From positions 1-56,829 of the forward strand of contig NKIB01013464.1 of assembly GCA_002256025.1 (NCBI GenBank): 56,829 bases of DNA, read 5' to 3'. The first letter of the stretch is position 1. Each line of letters begins with the position of its first letter. Below the pieces are notes generated by a model, which saw only the letters and a list, made by a program, of their open reading frames with translations, was not told the origin of the DNA and made no database searches. This document shows, piece by piece, positions 47,067-56,829 of this stretch. This stretch comes from Asterionella formosa (Eukaryota). The translations under genes were made by a program, and so were the position numbers.

Positions 47067-47629
47067 AATAGGAAAGGCGACGTGAGCTGTGTCAAAAAGC
47101 AAAACACAGTCAGTTAGTTCGTTTGTAAAGAAAAAGAAGCAGTACAGGTTAACGATTTCACCATCACTCACCTCGCAAGTTGAAATTCGAAACGGAACAA
47201 ACTTCACGTTGATGTGTGCAAATAGATTTATTCTCAAAAAAGAAAATGAAATCAAAAGAATGAAACTGAAAATGTTCGGATCGGAGAAAGCAGTCCTTGA
47301 TATGTGACCTAAGGGGTTGACGATCTCGCTTTTTCGTCTAGTTTATTAAATATTTGTATTGAACGTTCCTCGAGAAGCAAATGGGGCGTTGGTTGCTTTT
47401 ACTGTCGTGGATAATTATGATATACTGGCATGTAGAGGCGATGATGATCGTTGTAACTCGCAGATATGTTGGCGATGTGCTCATCGGCTCGTTCATTGTT
47501 TCGAACTCATCGTATTTATAGCCAGGCTAACTCTACGTATGCATGGCAAGCTCGGTAGTTCCTGTAGAATCGCCGGGCGATCCACACTTAAATCTACGAC
47601 TACCTCGACTGGGAATTGCACGAATTGAC

Positions 47630-48005
47630 TGGTACCGTACCTGGTACCTGGTACCAGGTACCGGCCCTTTACTATTGTTATGTGCGCGCTGTGCGTGGCA
47701 TGCGTAGGAGCAGTACAGTATGATGTGACCAAACCCAGCAGACCCGCCCAGCCAGCAAGAAGGAGGAAGATGGAAGTTCACCTAATACGAGCACTATCGG
47801 TACTGGGTACGAATGTGCCGTACATTAAGCCTGTACCGGTACTTACTATGTCCTTGTATGGTGTGGAGTGTGGAGGATATGTAGTATGCGCTATAAAAAT
47901 ATATAATCCATCAGCAATGATACTACGGAACCGATACCGGGTATACCTGGAAACAGGTCTGTAAGCACCTGAGCCCGGTCGGTACCTGGTACCAGGTACC
48001 TGTAC
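47630..48005. repeat. Palindromic GGTACC-type clusters in a divergent promoter region
   Basis: GGTACCTGGTACCAGGTACC occurs at ~47643-47662 and ~47981-48000, with further GTACCGGTAC and ATACCGG copies between them. Confidence 0.85.
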
Positions 48006-48208
48006 ATTGTCTGCTGTGGCTGGTCTGGTGGTCCGCGAAATCACGACAAAAGCAAGGCAATGTGAGTGGAAAGTAAGCGCTCAGTTATCGCCCCATCATT
48101 TATTATCTTCATTCATCCAAATCACCTGTAGAAAGGCGATTGTTGTTGTCAACTAGACAGTGAGTTCATGTATGCTGCTCAGCTAGAGTGAAATAGTAGA
48201 GCAAGATC

Positions 48209-49793
48209 ATGGAGGTACGTTTGCTGATAGTCTTTCCAGAGGTTTGCATTTGCCACGCCAGTAGGCGACTCGTGTAGACCGGGTGGTCATGGTACCAGGT
48301 ACGGAGGCTCTGGTACAAATCTCACGCTTGATTTTCACTCGTTCCATCCTGATGACCAAAAGGTTTATTTATGACATGTACTTTTATGGACACTCTCACA
48401 TTCGTTTCCATCAATTATACTACTATTATTACCACTACTACTGCAACAATAGGTCAACAAAGAAGCAGCCGAACAATGCCGCGACCTCGGAGCAAAAGCA
48501 AGTCGCGACGGGAACTTGGAACGAGCTGTCAAACTCTTGGAGAAATCATTGCGCCTGTATCCATTACCAGGAGTCGAAGCCATGCTGGCACAGACCAAGG
48601 CCACCATCCTTGCAATGAATAATATTAATAATAACAGGACTCCTCCGCCACCCAGGAGGACAGAATCCGTCGGGGAAGATGGTCGTACCTATACGCAAGA
48701 GCAAGTGGACATGGTATCCAAAGTCCTCAAGGCCAAGGAAGGAGGACAGGGAGCTCACTACCGTGTCCTGGGAGTGCCCAAAACAGCGTCAGATGGAGAC
48801 TTGAAAAAGGCATATAGAAAACTAGCACTCAAATTGCATCCGGACAAGAACTCTGCACCACATGCCGACGAGGCGTTCAAAGCGGTTGGACTGGCATATG
48901 GAACGTTGTCCGATAGGCAAAAACGGACAATATATGACACCTATGGAGAAGAAGACCCAGATAATCGAGGAGCAGCGGGAAGAGGGCCAGGTGGAGGCGG
49001 AATGCAGTATCGACAAGGCCAAGAAGTTTCACCAGAAGATATTTTCAATATGTTTTTCGGGGCTGGAATGGCACAGGGAGGGCGGGGTCCAGGCTTTCAT
49101 GTTTATACAAATGGATTTGGTGGAGGCTTTCCGGGAGGCTTTGCTGGTCAACAATTTGCAGGACAGCGAGCAAGGCAACAGCATGCTGGACAGCACCAAC
49201 AACAACAAAATGGAGCCCCATGGATGCAATTATTGCCATTCATTGTCATTATGATCATGTCATTTTTAAACTTTGGAGGACAAGATGCCGGAGTATCCAT
49301 GCAAAACAAGTACTTTAGTCTTGTGGTACGTTAAGGAGGGAGTGCTATTTTTCACGTCGGTTGAAATTTTGTCTCGTGTGTATGCATAACCAACTCCACC
49401 AATTTACTAACTCACCATGTGATATTTACGTTTCAGCAACAAGCGCCTTTTGTGAATCCTTTGGCAACAAAATTAAGCGGCGTCAAGGACATTCCTTATT
49501 TTGTAACGGACAAATTTATGAGAACCTATCATCGAGATCGATATCAGCTGGCACAGGTCGAACGCATGGTGGAAAAGAATTACCACGACTATGTCATGCA
49601 GGAGTGCAAGGCCCAAAAGAAATACAAAAGGCAGTTAGAGCAACAGGCGTCGCGATTGACCGGTGAAGAGCGTGCGTCGCTTTTAAGACGAGCAGAAGAA
49701 TTTGAGTTAAGTCGGTGTATTGAATTTGAAAACTTGTTTCGTACTCGAGATTCGGGTTCTCAACAAAAGCGAGCTACATATCGAGCCAGATAA
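48209..49793 (+). CDS. DNAJB12: ER-membrane J-domain co-chaperone, DNAJB12/B14 type
   Basis: Exons 48209-48214 (ATG GAG), 48453-49325 and 49437-49793 give MEVNKEAAEQCRDLG..., 411 aa. J domain with HPD (LHPDKN), SPEDIFNMFFG, a TM segment and a DUF1977-like tail (VERMVE...C...C). Confidence 0.92.
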
Positions 49794-49868
49794 GGAATCG
49801 TTGTGTACATTATTATACTAAGGACCAAGTTTTTAATGATATGATAGGATACAAGTGGTGGTGAATTG

Positions 49869-50981
49869 CTAGTGGAATCCCATGGGCAAGCCACTTCGTT
49901 CGCCAGCCGTAAACGAGTCTTCAACGCGTATTTGCACGACACGGATAGTAAAAAAAGTTTGACACGCCCAAATAACGAGGCTTGGACCGATCAAGGCACA
50001 GATTGCACAGGCTAGAATAAGCGACGCTTGATGTACCGCTCCCACCACTGCTTCTCCATAATCATTTAGCAACTCCTCACTAGGATGTCGAAGTTTTGAC
50101 CATATCCCAAAATAGCTCCAGACAATGACAGTCGGAATAACGAAGTTAGCTTCTTGTTGCAGTAAGAAATGACATGCGACTGGCATCAAAATGGCCAACG
50201 CTACAATGTCGGCCGCCAGCTGTGTACTGAAAGATGAGTCGTAGTGACGAACCAGCAAACTGAAGTGCACTACCACCATGACAGAGATCCATCCAAAGTG
50301 AACATAAAAGGGGAGACGAAACAACCAGTACTCCACATGTGACTGCCGTCCCCGAATTTGTGTAAAGTGCTGCCTCCCAAGGAGACTTGCCAGTGCCAAC
50401 CATGCCAATACTACAGACACAAAGGATAGCACAACCAATCGGAAACATAAAAAGATGGTCCACCCCGTTTGAATCAGACACGTGTAAAAGAACAAATAGG
50501 ACGTGCCGTCTTGGACAACCGGTCTGGATCGAAACTCCGGCAACAACTGAGAGACGACAAAGACAGCTTCCAAAACTAAAATGGGAACCCACATATAGTA
50601 TGCCCATCTGTCAGGAGTCACGAGCGTTTCGTATTCCGCAACGATCTCCCCCGTAGTAGGCAGCAAGCCACCTAGTCCCCACGACCCAATCCCCCAGCTG
50701 ACAAAGCAGTGCATGATGAATGTGAGGACGTTCAAGATGTTCAAGCCATTCAATACTGTAGGCTCCTCTGGGAACAGCAGAGGAGTAAACACATCGTCTG
50801 ATTCGTCGTCCAAGGACGACTCTCTCTGTGTGAGAACCTTTTCGGAAAACGAACGCTGCTGAAGGATTGGCGACGAATCGACCTCCTCAATTTGAAGGCC
50901 TCCACCTTGATCGTCTTGAAGCACGACATAGGAAGTTCTATTTGGTGACATGAAGGTACCAGTGTCTTCGTCATGGAACAT
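49869..50981 (-). CDS. Multi-pass membrane protein (TspO-like / Trp-rich family suspected)
   Basis: 370 aa with about 7-8 hydrophobic segments. The TTGEIVAEYETLVTPDRWAYYMW and VHFGWISV motifs resemble bacterial/algal Trp-rich membrane proteins. Confidence 0.75.
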   Translation of the reverse strand: MFHDEDTGTFMSPNRTSYVVLQDDQGGGLQIEEVDSSPILQQRSFSEKVLTQRESSLDDESDDVFTPLLFPEEPTVLNGLNILNVLTFIMHCFVSWGIGSWGLGGLLPTTGEIVAEYETLVTPDRWAYYMWVPILVLEAVFVVSQLLPEFRSRPVVQDGTSYLFFYTCLIQTGWTIFLCFRLVVLSFVSVVLAWLALASLLGRQHFTQIRGRQSHVEYWLFRLPFYVHFGWISVMVVVHFSLLVRHYDSSFSTQLAADIVALAILMPVACHFLLQQEANFVIPTVIVWSYFGIWSKLRHPSEELLNDYGEAVVGAVHQASLILACAICALIGPSLVIWACQTFFTIRVVQIRVEDSFTAGERSGLPMGFH

Positions 50982-51284
50982 GTTGCATGTGCAGGTGTAG
51001 GTGCTGAGTGGGGTGAAGTGGAGTGGAGTGGAGTGGACGAGCGAGTGGAAGCAACACCAATGAAAGGAGTTCGTAAATAACCACGAGGAACAAATTCAAA
51101 CACGTCTCTGTGCACGTAAACAATATTACCTATCGCTCGGTACTACCGGTACACATTATCATCATCAAAGAACCTGGAGCCGAACCAGTATGCACAACAA
51201 GAAGGAGGAAATCCTGCGTGATGGGCTGGGCGGACGAGTGGAGTCGTACCTTGTACCTGGTACTATTCTTGCTTTCTACATTTA

Positions 51285-51475
51285 GGATGGATTAATACAT
51301 GCATTCCTTACACGTATACATAGGCACATGGTCAGGCAAATTTTTAGGCCATTACATAACTGATGGACTCAATGTTAAGGCAGTATGTGATGCTGAGTCA
51401 AATTTAATTTTCTTTGGAGAGATTGCTCCAGGAAGGTGTAGTGACAAAGTAACATTCTTGCTTAGTAGAGCAAAG
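51285..51475 (+). mobile_element. PIF/Harbinger-like DDE transposase remnant
   Basis: FLGHYITDGLNVKAVCDAESNLIFFGEIAPGRCSD matches the Harbinger pattern GHY...G.NVQAVCD...F......PG...D. It is a short isolated fragment. Confidence 0.7.
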
Positions 51476-51703
51476 TTGTTCCATACAAGATTGAGTTTCA
51501 GCATTTACTAATACAGATTTTTATTTGGCTGGCAATGCATGACTGCAGTAGCATACACATGTCTGATGATATGATGTTTCCCGTTCTTGGCTTGCAACAT
51601 GGGGGATCCCAAAAAAGATACATAACCATTTCCTTACCTGGATGAGGATAATAGTAGAAATAGTTACTTATTATCAAAGTACTAAGCAAGTCCATGTTAA
51701 TGT

Positions 51704-51872
51704 GATCAAGGAAAGTGTGAGATGTCTTGTTCAGGAAAGCTTGAGTAATCAGGCAAGAACAAGACCAGAAAGACTATTAGCAGATTATAGCTCACAATAC
51801 AACAAAGTGTAACAGCTTTAGTGATCTTACAATCAAGTAAGATCAGTGATATTTCAACTAGACGATTTAACA
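51704..51872 (+). repeat. Third, more diverged copy of the 25.5-26.1 kb repeat
   Basis: Shares GGAAAGTGTGA, TAGCTCACAATA, CAGCTTTAGTGATCTTA and GTAAGATCAGTGATATTTCAACTAGAC with 25555-26084. Confidence 0.85.
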
Positions 51873-52779
51873 TCTAGGAATGGTGGGATCAGAACCACCA
51901 GTGATATTTGACTCCTTAATAATTTTTAGAGAAAGTGGTGTCATAATACCAGCCCCCAAGTTGGCAAGCGTTAAAGCCCCAGAGTTTCCTATCCTCCCAG
52001 ACGTTAGTTCTCATTTTGATATCTTTCTTGAGTGACAACCCAACTGCCCTCCAAAACTGTGGTTTCAATCTGGTAATCAAATTTGAGCAGATCTTTTATA
52101 GCCATGGTAAACAAGGCGAAGCCAGTCTGCAGCTTACTAATCCAAAGAATAGGGCATTGTGACAAACAAAAGACTTATCCAGTTGGACGCTTGGCTGAAA
52201 ATGGATTGCGAGGATTCTCGGACGCCCACAGTCCAGGAAAATCGACATCAACAAGACAGTACAAATCAAGACTAGAATTAGGCGAAATTTTCAATCGCTT
52301 TATAGCAGTTCCTAGTACTTCTGAAGTATTGCAATATTATGCGATCGTCGCTTATTATGACTGTAGCTAGTGTGCACAAAGCTAGACTGACAGCAAAAGT
52401 TACAGAAGGTCTTGTATGACCTTGTAAGAATTGCAACATCAGATAGCTAAGGCTTGGATGGATAAATATATCTTGCTTGAGGTCCTTCTCCATCTTTGTC
52501 TGAACCCAATGCTTCATAATTTTCAGGGGTTCATATGATTTGTAGAAAAGACTACCCATGCAAGACCTTAATAACTCGATCAGCTAAACCCTTTTGTGTC
52601 ATGATGAATGCTGAATTTCCATGACTAAGGACATCAAAACCCAGGAATCCTGAAACGTCATCCTCCACGAGTTAATTACCTACTATTTTCACGAAAGTGA
52701 GTTAGCAATTTGCAGATTTAGTTAGTCCTGGGAATTAGTGAATATTTCCATGCAAAGTTTTTAGTCGCATAGTACGGAA

Positions 52780-53455
52780 CAACAAGTGTATTGTCGGATG
52801 TCTGCATGAATACCTACATTAAACTCTAGAATGACCTACTCCATAGTAATTCCATAAAAATATGAACCATGACAATTAGTAAGTACATGAAAGTCAGTAC
52901 AAAATTGTACGTCATGGGATTTTCTTGCATTTTGAGCTGTAGCACACTTTTCGAAATTTCATTTTATCAAGTTTTCTCGTTAATGTGTACAATAGATAGA
53001 AATGATCATCTACTAAAAGGCATTAAGCTATCCAACGCGAGCTCACAGATGTCTCTACTTTTTTCATATCTTAAAAATTGAGCAAACGACGACGAAATCA
53101 AATTCTAGTGGCAATTTCAATTTTTCGTTGTTAATAGAAGTGGAAATTTTTTACTGAACGATTATCTCTTCTATGTTAGCTTAGATTTAAGTAACTATTA
53201 GCATTACTTCAACGTCAATTTTCGACGAGAAATTCAGTCCATTAATTTCGTCATGGTCAAGATGGCGGTGTTGAATCCTCATCAACCCTCTATGACGCAC
53301 GGCGGTAAAAAATCAAGTCCACTTATGTATGCCAAACATATCTATACATATTCAAACCGGAAATATATCATTACAATGCACAAGCAGTGTGTTGTTGGAT
53401 GTCTGCATGTATGTGTACATTGGACTCTGAAATGACCTGATCCATAATTCCATAC
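52780..53455 (+). repeat. Diverged ~75-bp direct repeats (52780-52857 and 53380-53455)
   Basis: Both copies read ...AGTGT.TTGT.GGATGTCTGCATG...TACATT..ACTCT..AATGACCT..TCCATA...ATTCCATA. Confidence 0.7.
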
Positions 53456-53519
53456 TAATAGTTATCCTTCCATTTTAACTAGATGACAAGATGCAAATGA
53501 AATCCTCAAAACCTTCATT

Positions 53520-53965
53520 CAACTTTGCGACCCATAATGTCATTGTGTACTGACTTCTTGTTAGGGAACAAATGAATGATGAGCACATTGCGTGGATGAT
53601 TAGCACATTGATTGCTTGGGACCAAGCTTGGAGTTGCCTGGATGTCATGTTTACACCGAAGTGTCATGCAAAAATTGCTCGCAGAGAGCAGGGAGTTGAA
53701 TATATGTAAGCATCTGCCTGTGACAAAGGGCGGGGCATACAGAAATCTGTCACTGAAGAAGAAAAAGGGGAAGAGCAGCAAATTTCATGGGAAGGGTTGT
53801 TAGGTCATGTCTATCCGAGAAAAAAATTATAGACAAGCTTGTTGTCAGTACATGTTGGCTTTTCATGTCATGCCATCATTGACTCTGGCCAATTAAATCC
53901 AGCAGCACAACAAAAGTGCTATTAACATGGTTCAGTGGCAATTGAAGATATTTTAAAGAAGCTAA
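53520..53965 (+). mobile_element. IS630/Tc1-mariner-like transposase remnant
   Basis: Frameshifted peptides in order: LRPIMSLCTDF, GTKLGV, FTPKCHAKIA...GVEY, AYRNLSLKKKKGK, QYMLAFH. These resemble the TPKCHxExAGEGxEY C-terminal DDE region of algal transposases. Confidence 0.6.
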
Positions 53966-54180
53966 ATGCTCTTTTGCATTGATGTGCCATGGACTTCGAT
54001 TACAAGCTTGTAATGAATTTCAATTGATTGAGAGATTGCTGATTTTCCAAAGGTCTCCAAGCAATTCAAAGCACCAGTATGAGAGTGGCCAATTGCTCTA
54101 TCATCATTCTCGCCAGAGATCGATTTAAGTTTAGATTGAAGAGCAATCACCATTTCTTTATTTTGGCTTAAAATTAGTTC

Positions 54181-54334
54181 CATCATAGAGGTCAACCCCA
54201 CACCTCCTCATTGGCATAGGACATTTAGACTTTGTTGACACGCTCAGTCAAGTCAGTTCATCATAGAGGTCAACCCCACACCTCCTCATTGGCATAGGAC
54301 ATTTAGACTTTGTTGACACGCTCAGTCAAGTCAG
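54181..54334 (+). repeat. Exact tandem duplication of 76 bp
   Basis: 54181-54256 is identical to 54259-54334, separated by TT. Confidence 0.97.
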
Positions 54335-55733
54335 ACCTGTGTGTCCACGCAAGGCTTTCGCTCCGTGTTAGGGCAGCTGGCCAGCAGGGGGTGTAGTACC
54401 AAAAACAGACTTAGCTACTACCATGGCAGGGGTCACAGATGCATTATATATGTAGAGATTGTACACATCAGCCTTTAACGCCGTCTTTCCACCAAGTTTG
54501 AGAATGATGATTTAGATGCTGAAATCATGCATGCCATACATCTGGTGTCTCTCCTGCTGGACACTTTGATTTGTCTGGTTGACAGTATAACAATCATCAA
54601 GCTGTGTCTCAGCAGTATCAAGCAATGGCAAGCATGACTTCGTTGAAGAAAGCGCCTTTTCTTCTTTCCCTATGTGCTACTTGATGAAAATAAATACTAT
54701 GACAATGATATTTTGGATGCACCTGGAATTGATGATAATGCAAACAACAATCACCAAGAAATGGGTGAAATAATCCCAGTCCCTTTTTTGGCTATTTACC
54801 AACTGTCAAACCATTGGAAATGTTGCCTGGAAAAAGCTTTATTATTTAAGGTGTAGTACCATGGCTGGGTTTGCAATGACCTACTGCTCATGTTGAGGTA
54901 AAGGAAAAGTAATTACCTGTACATGAATTCAATTTTAATTTGACTTTCCAATGAATGTTAATGACATTTTAAATAACTATTTTTCATTGATCTGTAATCC
55001 CCCCCCCCCCATTTGTTTTCATTAGGATGTTCCACCTTGTTGTAAAAACAGTTCAAAATAATGAACCTGCCTTCTCTGCATGCTATGGTCAACAACTTAA
55101 TTTGTGTATGACCAAGCCTGTACCACATCAGAATTTGACGAGTCATACCCTCAACCCTCAACCATCCCACCCTTCGGAGTAGCACACCAATATTGCTCAG
55201 CTAACACCGGTATCAGGTGCCGCTAGACGATCTGATACTGTACAGACACACGAACAACATTGCAAGGCAGCAGAGGATTTGACTATGCGCACTCCGGTTC
55301 ACTAAGACAGATAACAAGAATCGTTTTGCAGGTGTGTCATACCAAACACTCACCAGCCGCACAAAATCTCTTGTTTCGCACGTTGTTGAATCACGAGTGT
55401 ACCGGTACGCAGTGTCTGGTGAGTCGGGCAAGCAGAAATTGAGCCGGACACTTCGCTCATGCCTTCTCGGTTTTCCTCCCACCGACCACGATGACCCCAT
55501 CATACAGCCATGTAATACATAGAAATTATCATTGCTCAACGGATATTTCATTTATGGTCTACAATAACACGCTAACATCTCCCCTTGCTTTCCATAACCA
55601 CATAGAATATATCATATTCATTATTCGGAGAGGCTGTCAGTCTTTCACTGCTCGTGAAGTCGGGTTGCTACCAAACCATTGATTTCATTATTTCAACCGT
55701 ACTCAGTAGCAGCAACATCAAACGATATCATCC

Positions 55734-56829
55734 ATGTCGGACGAAGAAGTGAGTGATGTCAAGAAGCGGATGCAATGGCTCAATTCGGCATTTGACAAGA
55801 ATGCCGACAAACCTGCGCCGGGGCCTTCGCCGCCTGGGTCAGGGAATAGCGTCATCAAGGACCGCATGAAGTGGCTTGATAGTCAAAACAACAAAGACGT
55901 GGATAAGGCAACCATCCCATTACCTCCCCGCTCTGGAAATGGCGTCATAAAGGATCGAATGAAGTGGTTAGACGATCAAAAGAAGGAGCAAGACACCCCT
56001 GGAACGAATTCCCATCCACGCTCGGGAAACTCGTTGATTGCTGAGCGCACTAAATGGATGGAGGAGCAAAAGAACAGCAAGGACGAGGGCAAGCCAGCTC
56101 CTGCTTCTCGCTCTGGAAATTCATTGATTATAGATCGCATGAAGTGGCTAGATGAGCAAAACAAAAAAGAGCAGGAGGGACCAAAGAAAGAAGAAGGACT
56201 GAGAAGCAGTGACCTAGTTAAAGACCGCCAGAGAGCTCTCGATGAAGCTAAGAAGAAGGATGCCCAACCTGTCGAAAAAGAATTTGTTCAAGTGAGCAAC
56301 GATCTAGTCAAGGACCGCCAAAAATGGCTTGACGAAGCAAAAAAGAAGGATGCACAGCCTGTTGAGAAGGAACAGGTTCAAGTCAGCAACGACCTGGTCA
56401 AGGATCGTCAAAAGTGGCTCGATGAAGCAAAAAAGAAGGATGCACAGCCTGTTGAGAAGGAACAGGTTCAAGTGAGCAATGATCTAGTCAAGGATCGTCA
56501 AAAGTGGCTCGATGAAGCGGCGAAGAAAGATGCGCAACCTGTTGAGAAGGAACAGGTTCAAGTGAGCAACGATCTAGTCAAGGATCGTCAAAAGTGGCTC
56601 GATGAAGCGGCGAAGAAAGATGCGCAACCTGTTGAGAAGGAGCACGTTCAAGTGAGCAACGATCTAGTCAAGGACCGACATAAAGCTCTAGATGAAGCAA
56701 AAAAGAAGGATGCACAGCCTGTTGAGAAGGAACAGGTTCAAGTCAGCAACGACCTAGTCAAGGATCGTCAAAAGTGGCTCGACGAAGCGGCGAAGAAAGA
56801 TGCACAACATGCTGAAAAAGAATTTGTTC
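55734..56829 (+). CDS. Tandem-repeat protein (30-aa units), runs off the window end
   Basis: ATG at 55734 follows an in-frame TAG at 55707, and the frame is open to the window end. It begins MSDEEVSDVKKRMQWL..., continues with degenerate units, then near-identical SNDLVKDRQKWLDEAKKKDAQPVEKEQVQV units at a 90-nt period (56211, 56301, ... 56751). Absent from the ORF track because it has no stop. Confidence 0.88.
   Translation, partial: MSDEEVSDVKKRMQWLNSAFDKNADKPAPGPSPPGSGNSVIKDRMKWLDSQNNKDVDKATIPLPPRSGNGVIKDRMKWLDDQKKEQDTPGTNSHPRSGNSLIAERTKWMEEQKNSKDEGKPAPASRSGNSLIIDRMKWLDEQNKKEQEGPKKEEGLRSSDLVKDRQRALDEAKKKDAQPVEKEFVQVSNDLVKDRQKWLDEAKKKDAQPVEKEQVQVSNDLVKDRQKWLDEAKKKDAQPVEKEQVQVSNDLVKDRQKWLDEAAKKDAQPVEKEQVQVSNDLVKDRQKWLDEAAKKDAQPVEKEHVQVSNDLVKDRHKALDEAKKKDAQPVEKEQVQVSNDLVKDRQKWLDEAAKKDAQHAEKEFV

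Noticed and set aside
56211..56829. Regular 90-bp array as CRISPR or satellite
   Set aside because: No unique spacers. The period is a multiple of 3, the frame is open, and variation is largely codon-compatible, so it is a coding repeat.

Overview
Gene-dense eukaryotic nuclear DNA, most likely from a diatom. Support: an Lhcr-type fucoxanthin-chlorophyll protein with a VSA-FAP bipartite plastid signal, short GT-AG introns, and diatom-style RxL motifs in secreted precursors. About 20 protein-coding genes can be built. They include an Obg GTPase, ATP synthase subunit d, HADH, an LHC, PRIM1, an M50/site-2 protease, a 5-exon ~3300-aa ATR kinase, a KAS/FabF, RRP3, RRP1, a Zn-knuckle/RRM protein, an LRR membrane protein, DNAJB12 and a multi-pass membrane protein. 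Intergenic regions hold a DUF4246 pseudogene, two fold-back MITE-like elements, a dispersed repeat and decayed transposon fragments (non-LTR RT, PIF/Harbinger-like, IS630/Tc1-like). Three things stand out. (1) A small spliced gene, only partly shown in the ORF track (43192-43582), forms a head-to-head pair of secreted potato-inhibitor-I-like proteins next to an inverted-topology LRR receptor-like gene. (2) Palindromic (GGTACC[W])n / TACCGGTA clusters recur upstream of most genes. (3) Two unknown proteins share a repeated V-x-D-[KR]-x-x-W-L motif, and both appear to have 5'UTR introns. All family assignments come from recognising motifs by eye; no database search was run.
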